From: Candidatus Norongarragalinales archaeon
Lineage (GTDB): Archaea > Micrarchaeota > Micrarchaeia > Norongarragalinales > Norongarragalinaceae
DNA length: 64,000 nucleotides
Direction of reading: 5' to 3'
NCBI GenBank assembly: GCA_038884755.1
Contig: JAWABJ010000001.1
Span: 251,378-315,377, forward strand
The translations under genes and the position numbers were made by a program. A model generated the notes under the pieces. It saw only the letters and a list, made by a program, of their open reading frames with translations, was not told the DNA's origin and did no database searches. Below are positions 25,470-33,882 of this stretch, piece by piece (within the stretch, counting starts at the first letter, position 1; each line of letters begins with the position of its first letter).

Positions 25470-26709
25470 CCAGCCTTCGTGAGGCTTTGACTGCGTTTTC
25501 TATAACGCCGTCCTTGTTCAAAGTCAAAATCTTTCGGTCGCGCATTACGACGCTGCCGTCAACCACCACGTCTGCGACGGCGTGGGGGGAAGACGAAAAA
25601 ACGATTGACGCGAGCGGGTCTATTGCAGGCGCTGTTCCCAGCGCGTTTGCGTCGAAAAGCACGAAGTCCGCGAGCTTTCCTTGCTCGATGCTTCCTGCGT
25701 TCAAGCGAAGGGCTTTCGCGCCTCCGATTGTTGCCAAATCCAACGCCTCTTGCGCGCTCAAGCCGTACACCAACGCAGCGAATTTCATCGTTTCGAGCAT
25801 GGACAGCGAGTTGTTCGACGCAGCTCCGTCTGTTCCCAGTGAAACGCCAACGCCGTTTTCCATCATGCGCCTTGCGGGCGCGATTCCGCTTCCAAGCTTG
25901 AGGTTGCTTACGGGGTTGAGAGATACGGACGCGCGTTTTTGCTTGAACAACTCTATTTCCGTTGCGTCCAGCCAAACGCAGTGCGCGGCCAGCAGCCGCT
26001 CATTAAGCAGCCCAGTCGAGTTCAGGTAAAACGCCGGCTTTTGCCCGCTCCTGTGCAGGCAATCGGAAACTTCCCCCTTGTGCTCGCTCAAATGGATTTG
26101 CACCATCGCCCCGCATTCTCCAGCGGCGCGCGCGGTTTCTTCAAGCAACTGCCTCGAGCAGGAGTAAATCGAATGGGGGCCCACGCTCAATTCAATCCTC
26201 CCGCTCCGAAAGTGGTGGCGCAAAAACTTTTTCGCGCGCAAAAACTGCTTCCTGCCTTCGCCCAGGAAGTCGAGAACGGGAAAAGAAACGTTCGCCCTCA
26301 ACCCGCTTGCTACGGCCGCTTTTGCAGTTTCGTCGGGGTGGTAGTACATGTCCGCAAAAGCTGTCGTGCCAGTGCAGATCATTTCCGCGCACCCCAGAAT
26401 CGCCCCGGCGCGCACGTCCGAAGGCTTGAGCTTTTTTTCGACGGGCCAGATTTTTTCCTTCAGCCACTCGTTAAGCGCCAAGCCTTCGCCATAGCCGCGC
26501 AAGAGGGTCATGGCCAAGTGAGTGTGGGTGTTTATGAGCCCGGGAACGAGGATTTTTCCCTTGCCATCGATTTTCGCCGTGTTTTCGCGCAAATTGCGCC
26601 CGACTTTCGCTATGGAATTGCCTTGCACCAGGACGTCGCAGTCGCGAAGTATCCTTCGCTGCGAGTCTTGCGTTACGACCAAAGCGTTTTTGACCAGCAG
26701 AGAACCCAT
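25462..26709 (-). CDS. mtaD: amidohydrolase, 5'-methylthioadenosine / S-adenosylhomocysteine deaminase-like
   Basis: HxH metal site LINTHTHLAM, plus GTDGAASNNSL and HCVWL, typical of the MtaD/DadD subgroup. The ATG at 26709 is preferred over the track start at 26730. Confidence 0.8.
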   Translation of the reverse strand: MGSLLVKNALVVTQDSQRRILRDCDVLVQGNSIAKVGRNLRENTAKIDGKGKILVPGLINTHTHLAMTLLRGYGEGLALNEWLKEKIWPVEKKLKPSDVRAGAILGCAEMICTGTTAFADMYYHPDETAKAAVASGLRANVSFPVLDFLGEGRKQFLRAKKFLRHHFRSGRIELSVGPHSIYSCSRQLLEETARAAGECGAMVQIHLSEHKGEVSDCLHRSGQKPAFYLNSTGLLNERLLAAHCVWLDATEIELFKQKRASVSLNPVSNLKLGSGIAPARRMMENGVGVSLGTDGAASNNSLSMLETMKFAALVYGLSAQEALDLATIGGAKALRLNAGSIEQGKLADFVLFDANALGTAPAIDPLASIVFSSSPHAVADVVVDGSVVMRDRKILTLNKDGVIENAVKASRRLVK

Positions 26710-26938
26710 GAAAACCCTTATAGCTTGCAAGCGTTAAAAGCTTTTTATCGTGAACTCGACGGAGGGGTTTTCAAAAATGGCTTTGAAAAACAAGTCCAGG
26801 CGCAAGCACATTCGCATTTCTTTTCTCAAGCGCAGGAACAAGTCCAAAATGAAGGGCAAGTCGCGAAGCAGGAAGAAAGTCCGCTGAAATCGTGGCAAGA
26901 AAAGGCTTTTTTTTAAACGCTCTTTCGGTTATCATTAA

Positions 26939-28267
26939 ATGCGCCGCATTCGCCTTGCGCGGGATTTGGGTTTTTGGGATTCCGTGCTTTTGGGCATAGG
27001 CTTTATAGTAGGCTCGGGAATTTTCATAATGCCCGTAGTCGCGGCGCAGACTGCAGGCTCTTGGTCTATTTTCGCTTGGTTTGCCGCGGGATTGTACACC
27101 ATACTTACTGGATTGTGCTTCGCGGAGTTGGCGGTGCGCAGTCCAAAAGCAGGCGGGTTGTACGCGTATGCTCACGATGTTTTCGGGGATTTCCTCGGCT
27201 TTTTCACCGGCTACTCGTTTTGGTTGGGGTATTGGATTACTATTGCAGTGGAAATGCTCGCGTTGGCGTGGTATTTGAGTTTTTTCACGGGCCTTTCGTT
27301 CGAACTGCGCCTTGCTATTGCCGTTTTCATCGGGTTCGTTTTCACGCTAATAAACTACAAGGGCGTGAGGCTGGGAAGCAGCACTGAAGACGTTCTTACC
27401 GTAGGAAAACTCGTTCCACTGGGAATTCTTGTAGTCGCTGGCTTGGCTTCGTTCAACCCCAGCGTTTTTTCCGCAGGCTTCGCAGCCGTGAATGCTGGAC
27501 ACATCGCTTTAGCATTCCTTTCTTCGTTCATTCTCGTGCTGTGGGCTTTTCAAGGAGTGGAAATAATAACCGTTCCGCAAGAGGAAATCAAGAACGCCAA
27601 GAAAACCGTGCCTAAAGCCATAATCGTTTCAGTCTTGAGCGTAATGGCTTTGTACCTGCTCATTGCGCTTGTCGTGCTGGGCAGCGTGGACTGGAAGAAT
27701 TTCGCCGCTTCGGAATCAGCGTTGGCCGACATAAGCGAAGTTTTGATAGGAGGTTGGGGCGGGGCGCTTTTGGCAATAGGCGGCTTGGTTTCGATCCTCG
27801 GTGCTTTGAATGCGGTAATCCTCGCTTCCGCACGCATAAGCTTTGCAATGGCTCGAGACGGGCTTTTCCCGAGGCTTTTCGAGCACTTGCACGGCAGGCA
27901 TGCGACGCCCGACTACGCCTTGATTTTGCAGTTTGTTTTCGCTGCTTTGCTCGTGTGGTTGTACCGTGACTTCATTTTCTTGGCTTCGCTTGCGGTGTTC
28001 TTCACGCTCATACCTTGGTTTTTGAGCTGCCTGGCTGCGTGGAGAGTGCAATTGCGGGAGCACAAGCACAGCATTCTCAACCACGTCGCTGTCCCGACTC
28101 TCGCGACGGTTTTCACTGCCCTTCTCATAGTATACCTGCTTCCACAATACTGGCCGTTCGCCTTGCTGAGCGGAATCCTTGGTTTGGCTTACTTTTCAGT
28201 CAAAAAACGAGAGCACAGAACGCGCTTTCACGTGCGGGGGGAGGAAAGCAAAACGCTCAAGCCCTAA
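26939..28267 (+). CDS. APC-superfamily amino acid permease
   Basis: 442 aa, about 12 TM, N-terminal GSGIFIMP motif. TATA-like TTTTTTAAAC lies about 28 nt upstream. Confidence 0.85.
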   Translation: MRRIRLARDLGFWDSVLLGIGFIVGSGIFIMPVVAAQTAGSWSIFAWFAAGLYTILTGLCFAELAVRSPKAGGLYAYAHDVFGDFLGFFTGYSFWLGYWITIAVEMLALAWYLSFFTGLSFELRLAIAVFIGFVFTLINYKGVRLGSSTEDVLTVGKLVPLGILVVAGLASFNPSVFSAGFAAVNAGHIALAFLSSFILVLWAFQGVEIITVPQEEIKNAKKTVPKAIIVSVLSVMALYLLIALVVLGSVDWKNFAASESALADISEVLIGGWGGALLAIGGLVSILGALNAVILASARISFAMARDGLFPRLFEHLHGRHATPDYALILQFVFAALLVWLYRDFIFLASLAVFFTLIPWFLSCLAAWRVQLREHKHSILNHVAVPTLATVFTALLIVYLLPQYWPFALLSGILGLAYFSVKKREHRTRFHVRGEESKTLKP

Positions 28268-29183
28268 ACCGCAAAGGAAATTTTGAAGCGTGAAAGCCGA
28301 TTTTTTCCCAAACCCTTTCCGGTGTCAAAGCCTTTAGTTCTTGAACGAGGCTTTCATCTTCCAAGTCTTTGTAGCCCAAAGGCACGTCCACGCCGTCTAT
28401 GCGCTTTCCGTCTTTCGAAACGTGCAGCGAGAACGGCGCACGGCATAGTTTTCCAGAAGGCGTTTGTGAAGGGTCGAGCACGAGCATTCGGTTTTTTTTC
28501 TCGTGCCCTCCGCTAACTTTGAACGAAACTTGCTTTTGCACTTCGGCCGCCCATTTGCCTGTGAACGTAGAGAGAGGATTTTTCTCTGAATACTGCACTG
28601 TCTTCGCATAATCGCTTGCCGGCATTTGCTTTTGCAAAAGCAAGAAAACGTGGAACGAACTTCCAGTCCAGCAAACCAGCAAATCGTGTTTTAGTGGAAA
28701 GTCTTTGTCGTCTTGAATTGCGTTCACGAAATGCAATGCTGCTTGTTGCGCCTGTTCTTGCGTAATCCCCTCGCCCCTGTCTAAATCAAAGAAAATTCGT
28801 TCGATGGGCTTGCCTGGGTTCTCGTTGTTCGTGGCGTAAAGCAATTCGCTTAGCTTTCGCGGAACGAAATAACGCCACGCGAGTTCTTGTTTTTTCGAAA
28901 GCCAGCCGGTTTTTCTGACGTCCGCCAAATGCCCTTTGCGCAATTCGAGAAGCTCGGAGGTTATAACGCTTTCGTCGGCCAGGTTTTCAACCCACAGCGG
29001 CGGCAGTTCGCTGCCGCGCTTGAGCAAAGGGCGGTATGACGGAATCCAGTTTTTGGCCGCGAGTTCTTTTCCCTTCAAAAACTTGCGGAGTTTGCGGGCG
29101 ACGAGCGAATAGTAAAGCAATACGTCCAAATCGCCGTAAGGCTCTAGAAGGCTTTTCGAAGCGAGCTTTTCAAGCTTGTTCAC
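28257..29183 (-). CDS. archaeo-eukaryotic primase (AEP) superfamily protein, LigD-polymerase-domain-like
   Basis: 308 aa. Motif I DxD (IFFDLDRGEG), motif II (CWTGSSFHVFL), motif III (LVLDPSQTPSGKLCRAPFSLHV). The N-terminal YYSLVARKLRKFLKGKEL resembles the LigD-Pol N-terminus. Confidence 0.6.
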   Translation of the reverse strand: MNKLEKLASKSLLEPYGDLDVLLYYSLVARKLRKFLKGKELAAKNWIPSYRPLLKRGSELPPLWVENLADESVITSELLELRKGHLADVRKTGWLSKKQELAWRYFVPRKLSELLYATNNENPGKPIERIFFDLDRGEGITQEQAQQAALHFVNAIQDDKDFPLKHDLLVCWTGSSFHVFLLLQKQMPASDYAKTVQYSEKNPLSTFTGKWAAEVQKQVSFKVSGGHEKKNRMLVLDPSQTPSGKLCRAPFSLHVSKDGKRIDGVDVPLGYKDLEDESLVQELKALTPERVWEKIGFHASKFPLRFRA

Positions 29184-29201
29184 AAAACGAACAAGAAAAA
29201 C

Positions 29202-31241
29202 TCAAATTAAAAGCAGCGAGTTGGCGACTATCGCGCTTGCGAAGACCAGCGAAACGGTATTGACGACTTTAATCAACGCGTTGAGCGAAGGGCCGGCAGT
29301 GTCTTTGAACGGGTCTCCCACAGTGTCGCCTACGACTGCGGCTTTGTGCGCGTCGCTTCCCTTGCCGCCGTAGGCTCCTTCTTCAATATACTTTTTCGAG
29401 TTATCCCAAGCCGCTCCGCTGGTTGTCATGAAAATCGCGAGCAAAAAGCCCGATGCGATTGCCCCTGCAAGAAACCCGCCTAAAGCTTGCGCTCCGAACA
29501 AAAACCCTATGGTTAAGGGAGTAAACACAGCAATCGCGCCGGGAACCATCAACTCGCGCAAAGCGCTTGCAGTGGCTATATCCACCGCCTTCGCGTAATC
29601 TGGTTTGGCTTTTCCAGCCATCAGGCTCTTGATTTGCCTGAATTGCCTTCGCACTTCCTCGACGATTTCAAACGCAGCTTTTCCTACTGCTTTCATCAAG
29701 AACGAAGAGAACACGAAAGGCATCAACGCGCCGATGAACAAGCCTACGACAACAGACGGGTTGAGAAGGTTTATTGCTGCAACGCCGGTTGACTCGGCGA
29801 AAGCCGCGAACAACGCTAATGCACCGAGGGCAGCGCCTGCAATCGCAAATCCCTTCGTTGTCGCTTTCGTAGTATTTCCAACAGCATCCAACGGGTCTGT
29901 CACGCGCCTTACGCTTGGCGGCATTCCGCTCATTTCAGCAATTCCGCCAGCGTTATCCGTGATGGGACCGTAAGCGTCTAGGGTGATGATTATGCCAGTA
30001 AGCGAAAGCATTGTCGTAGCCGCCAACGCCACGAGGTAAACTCCCATTGCAGGGTTGCCGCCGCCGAGCGAATAGGACAAGGCGATTGCCGAGACTATGA
30101 CCAACGCAGGCAAGGCGGTGCTTTCTAGGCCCACGGCCAGCCCTTGGATCAAGTTCGTTCCCGCACCGGTTTTAGCCGCAATCGCGATTTCCTTGACTGG
30201 CCTGTATTCCTTTGCCGTGTAGTATTCCGTAATCAAGCCTATGAGCATCGTTACGGCAACGCCGATGAGCGAAGCGTAGAACAACTGCGTGTTGTTTTGC
30301 GTGAAAAACCAAAACCCGATTATTGCAAAAACAGCCGTCGCAATAACCCCTTTGTACAGCGCGTGCATGATGTTTTTGCTTTTGCCTAGGGAAACAAACC
30401 ATACGCCCAACGCCGAAGCAATCGCTCCAACCGCGCCTATCAAAAGCGGGAGAGTGACGTAATCGGGGCCTAACGCGACGCCCAAAAGCATGGAAGCGAT
30501 TATCGTAACAGTGTAAGATTCGAACAAATCTGCAGCCATTCCGGCGCAGTCGCCAACGTTGTCCCCGACGTTGTCGGCGATGACCGCGGGATTGCGCGGG
30601 TCGTCTTCGGGAATGCCTTTCTCGACTTTCCCGACCAAATCCGCCCCAACGTCCGCGGCTTTAGTGTATATGCCGCCGCCAACCCTTGCGAACAGCGAAA
30701 TGAGCGAAGCTCCGAATCCGAAGCCGATCAAAACCGCCAGGTCTTTGAAGAGGACGTATATTCCTGCAACGCCTATAAGCCCCAACCCTACGAGCGCCAT
30801 TCCCGTGACGCTTCCGCCTTTCACTGCGACGTTCAACGCCTTGTCAAGGCCTTGTTCGGCAGCTTGTGCCGCGCGCACGTTGGCGCGCACGCTTACCATC
30901 ATTCCTATATACCCTGCTAGAGCAGATGCGATTACTCCGACGAAAAACGCTATTGCCGCGTTCCATCCTGAGAAAAAGCCTATCAACGCGAACAAAACCA
31001 CGACGAAAAACACTAGCGTTTTGTATTGCCTGAAGAGGTAGGCTTGCGCGCCTTCCTGGATGGCGGAAGCGATTTCCTGCATTTTGCGGTTGCCGGCGTT
31101 CTGCTGCAAAACCCACCAAACCAAGTACGCGGCAAAAAGAAGGACTATCACTCCTGCTGCCAAAGCGATTTCCAAAACCACTCTAAACCACCCCAAGAAT
31201 TCCCCCGCATAGCGTGAGAAAAGAACAATATATAATTGCAT
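29202..31241 (-). CDS. hppA: membrane-bound proton-translocating pyrophosphatase, K+-independent type
   Basis: 679 aa with GGIYTKAADVGADLVGK and DNVGDNVGDCAGM. The GNTTKA motif has Lys rather than Ala, which marks K+-independent enzymes. Confidence 0.92.
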   Translation of the reverse strand: MQLYIVLFSRYAGEFLGWFRVVLEIALAAGVIVLLFAAYLVWWVLQQNAGNRKMQEIASAIQEGAQAYLFRQYKTLVFFVVVLFALIGFFSGWNAAIAFFVGVIASALAGYIGMMVSVRANVRAAQAAEQGLDKALNVAVKGGSVTGMALVGLGLIGVAGIYVLFKDLAVLIGFGFGASLISLFARVGGGIYTKAADVGADLVGKVEKGIPEDDPRNPAVIADNVGDNVGDCAGMAADLFESYTVTIIASMLLGVALGPDYVTLPLLIGAVGAIASALGVWFVSLGKSKNIMHALYKGVIATAVFAIIGFWFFTQNNTQLFYASLIGVAVTMLIGLITEYYTAKEYRPVKEIAIAAKTGAGTNLIQGLAVGLESTALPALVIVSAIALSYSLGGGNPAMGVYLVALAATTMLSLTGIIITLDAYGPITDNAGGIAEMSGMPPSVRRVTDPLDAVGNTTKATTKGFAIAGAALGALALFAAFAESTGVAAINLLNPSVVVGLFIGALMPFVFSSFLMKAVGKAAFEIVEEVRRQFRQIKSLMAGKAKPDYAKAVDIATASALRELMVPGAIAVFTPLTIGFLFGAQALGGFLAGAIASGFLLAIFMTTSGAAWDNSKKYIEEGAYGGKGSDAHKAAVVGDTVGDPFKDTAGPSLNALIKVVNTVSLVFASAIVANSLLLI

Positions 31242-31288
31242 TTCGTCTTTTAAACTTGATATTCGAGTTTGAATCAGGGTGAAATAAA

Positions 31289-32140
31289 GTGAATTTTGCC
31301 GACCAGCTTATAAAAACCGTTGAAAAAAAGAATTCGCGCGTTTGCGTCGGGCTCGATCCTGTTTTCGAAGTCTTGCCCTCGCAATTTCGCTCTTTCCCGG
31401 ACAAAGGCAAGGCCGTTTTCGAATTCAACAAGCGCATCATACACGAAGTGAAGGGGCATTGCGTTTGCGTCAAGCCTAACCTAGCGTTCTATCTTGCGTT
31501 GGGCGAAGGCGGGTGGACTGCGTTGAAAAAAACGGTCGATTGCGCGAAAAGCGAAGGGCTTCTCGTAGTCTTGGACGCTAAGGCGAACGACATAGGAAAT
31601 ACGGCGCAGGCTTACGCCGACGCTTTTTTCGACGGACTCAATGCCGACGCGGTTACGATAAACCCGTTTTTGGGGAGCGACGCTTTGTTGCCTTTCTTAA
31701 AGGATTGCGGGAGGGACAAGGGCGTTTTCGTTTTGGTCAAGACTTCCAACGATTCTTCAAGCGAATTCCAGGGTTTGAAAGTGAGCGAGAGGAAAACTTT
31801 GAGTGAAGAAATCGCACGAAAGGTTGTCGAGTGGGAGGAGTACGGTTTGGGAAGCGAAGGGTACTCGAGCATAGGCGCTGTCGTGGGCGCGACTTTTCCC
31901 GAGCAGGCGAAGAAACTGCGCAGGATAATGAAAAAACAGTTTTTTCTCGTTCCCGGCTACGGCGCGCAAGGCGCGAGCGCGAAAAGCGTCAAAAACTTTT
32001 TCGACGACGAAGGTCTGGGGGCGATAGTGAATTCTTCCCGTGGTATAATCTACGCTTCGGGGGGAAGTGATTTCGCGGAAGCAGCGGACAAAGCCGCCGA
32101 GAAAATGAAGAACGAGATTAACGAGGCTTTGGGCGTTTAA
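31289..32140 (+). CDS. pyrF: orotidine-5'-phosphate decarboxylase, type 2
   Basis: 283 aa with VCVGLDP, VKPNLAFY and DAKANDIGNT motifs. Confidence 0.88.
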   Translation: MNFADQLIKTVEKKNSRVCVGLDPVFEVLPSQFRSFPDKGKAVFEFNKRIIHEVKGHCVCVKPNLAFYLALGEGGWTALKKTVDCAKSEGLLVVLDAKANDIGNTAQAYADAFFDGLNADAVTINPFLGSDALLPFLKDCGRDKGVFVLVKTSNDSSSEFQGLKVSERKTLSEEIARKVVEWEEYGLGSEGYSSIGAVVGATFPEQAKKLRRIMKKQFFLVPGYGAQGASAKSVKNFFDDEGLGAIVNSSRGIIYASGGSDFAEAADKAAEKMKNEINEALGV

Positions 32141-32145
32141 GCAAC

Positions 32146-33141
32146 GTGGTTTTTTTGAAGGAAATAGGCGATTTGCAGCATCCAGTCAAAGCTTGGACTG
32201 CTTTAACCAGGGTTATAGCACACTTGGGGGAAATTCCACAAGAGGATTACTTGCGTAGAAACTATCCCGTCTTGGCTGAAGCGGTTGATTACCACGGCGG
32301 TTTGCATTCTTTGGTCGAAGCAAACAAGCAAGATCTTTCAATTCTTTTGCAAAACGCCTCCGAGCGGCACGAAACTTCCTTGTTGCATTGGAGTCGTGCG
32401 ATGGACGGTAACGAGCACGCGCGGGAAAAGTTAGTTGGTCTTTACAAGCGGCAGGCGGAAAGACTGGCATCAAAGCTTTATTCTCACAAGCTCCGAGGGA
32501 CTTGGAAGGATTGGGTTAGAGTGGACGTTGAAGACTTGGTTCAAGAAGGGCTAGTTTCCCTTGTGCAAGCCCTTCCCCGATACGATCCTTCAAAATCCAA
32601 GTTTCCTAAGTTTGCCCACTTGGTGATGGAGGGCGCTATGAAGCACTACTTGCGCGATAAAGCGCAAGTAATCCGCAAGCCGGCATGGGTTCAAGAGCTT
32701 AGGTCTAAAATGTCCAAGGCTTTCTTCGACTACCAGTCTAGGCACGGCATGAAGCCTACTTTTGAGCAACTGGCAAAACAAGCGAACGTTCCCGTGGAGC
32801 ACGTGATAGAAGCTTTCACTCACTACCAGCCCGTTTCCTTGCAAGCGGCTTTAGATTTTGAAGGCACGGGAAAGGAAGGACGGTTTTTTCAGGAGCCGGC
32901 GGCCCGGGACGAGTTGGAGCCGCTTGCTTTGAAAATGATTTTCTACAAGGCTTTGCGTGACCACGTGAAACTGTCGAAAATGCAGGCTGTGGCGTTAGGC
33001 ATGTCTGCAGATGGGCATTCTCTCGAGGAGATTGCAACGCACTTAGGAGTTTCACCCGACTCTGCAGGGCAGTTGGTTTACCAGGCGAAAAAGAAAATAA
33101 GGGAAAACCTGCTGTTCAAGCGCGAGCTTGGTATAAACTGA
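32146..33141 (+). CDS. sigma-70 family RNA polymerase sigma factor homolog
   Basis: Region 1.2/2: GNEHAREKLVGLYKRQAERLASKL...VEDLVQEGLVSLVQALPRYDPSKSKFPKFAHLVMEGAMKHYLRD..IRKP. Region 3: KPTFEQLAKQANVPVEHV. Region 4 HTH: LSKMQAVALGMSADGHSLEEIATHLGVSPDSAGQLVYQAKKKIRENL. Confidence 0.75.
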   Translation: MVFLKEIGDLQHPVKAWTALTRVIAHLGEIPQEDYLRRNYPVLAEAVDYHGGLHSLVEANKQDLSILLQNASERHETSLLHWSRAMDGNEHAREKLVGLYKRQAERLASKLYSHKLRGTWKDWVRVDVEDLVQEGLVSLVQALPRYDPSKSKFPKFAHLVMEGAMKHYLRDKAQVIRKPAWVQELRSKMSKAFFDYQSRHGMKPTFEQLAKQANVPVEHVIEAFTHYQPVSLQAALDFEGTGKEGRFFQEPAARDELEPLALKMIFYKALRDHVKLSKMQAVALGMSADGHSLEEIATHLGVSPDSAGQLVYQAKKKIRENLLFKRELGIN

Positions 33142-33193
33142 AAACGCCTTTGAAGAAACGCTTGAAATATTTTCGTATAAAAAATTATTGTTT

Positions 33194-33871
33194 TTAAGCT
33201 TGTTTTGACTTTCTTTGCTTGTCTTCCTCTTCCTGCTTTCGCGAAAGCCTGCGTTTCGTAACTTTCAACGCAAAACGCAGTTCCGCCTCCAGAAGCGCGA
33301 GGTATTGAGAAATGTCTTTTATCGTTTGCTTTATGTCCGGCTGGATGTTGAACTCCAGCGCGTTGACTCGGCGGTTGGTTTTTTCGATTTCCTTCAACAA
33401 ACGCTTCAAAGCCGCTTCGGTCTGCGCGAGTTTTATCGCGTATTCAAGCGAAAGCTCGAAGTCGGAAACGGCTTCGTCGAACTTGGCGCTCGAGCCCACT
33501 ATGGGGTAGCCCCTTTGTTCCAAGCTCCTGTGCACGTACTCACCTTCTATCGCCGGAATCCTGACTCCCATGATGTTTTTGGTGTAAACGCTGATTTGAG
33601 GCGCGCGTTCCGACGCCAATGCCGCAGTCTGCAAAAACACGGTTCCATGAAAGGCTTCGGCGACGGCAAGACTCTTGTATGACTTTAAAACTTGGTTGTC
33701 CAACTGCGTGCGCAAGTCTTGCGCTTTCTTTATGATGGCGAAAAACTCGAGCACTAGCGCATCGCGCTTTTGCTTGAGAATCGTGTGCCCTTTCTGGGCC
33801 AGCGCGAGCTTTTGCTTTGTGTTAAGCAATTCCATTCGCGTCGGCTTGATGCCTTCCTTCATTTTTTTCAC
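33194..33871 (-). CDS. atpD: A-type ATP synthase subunit D
   Basis: 225 aa with TRMELLNTKQKLALAQKGHTILKQKRDALVLEF. Last gene of the atp operon. Confidence 0.9.
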   Translation of the reverse strand: MKKMKEGIKPTRMELLNTKQKLALAQKGHTILKQKRDALVLEFFAIIKKAQDLRTQLDNQVLKSYKSLAVAEAFHGTVFLQTAALASERAPQISVYTKNIMGVRIPAIEGEYVHRSLEQRGYPIVGSSAKFDEAVSDFELSLEYAIKLAQTEAALKRLLKEIEKTNRRVNALEFNIQPDIKQTIKDISQYLALLEAELRFALKVTKRRLSRKQEEEDKQRKSKQA

Positions 33872-33882
33872 TTTTGCAAAAA

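Noticed and set aside
25939-26916. A 325-aa plus-strand ORF opposite the deaminase gene. ORFs 25457..26029 and 25559..25975 fall in the same category.
   Set aside because: It is a shadow ORF of mtaD. It has no motifs and a biased Arg/Ala/Pro composition.
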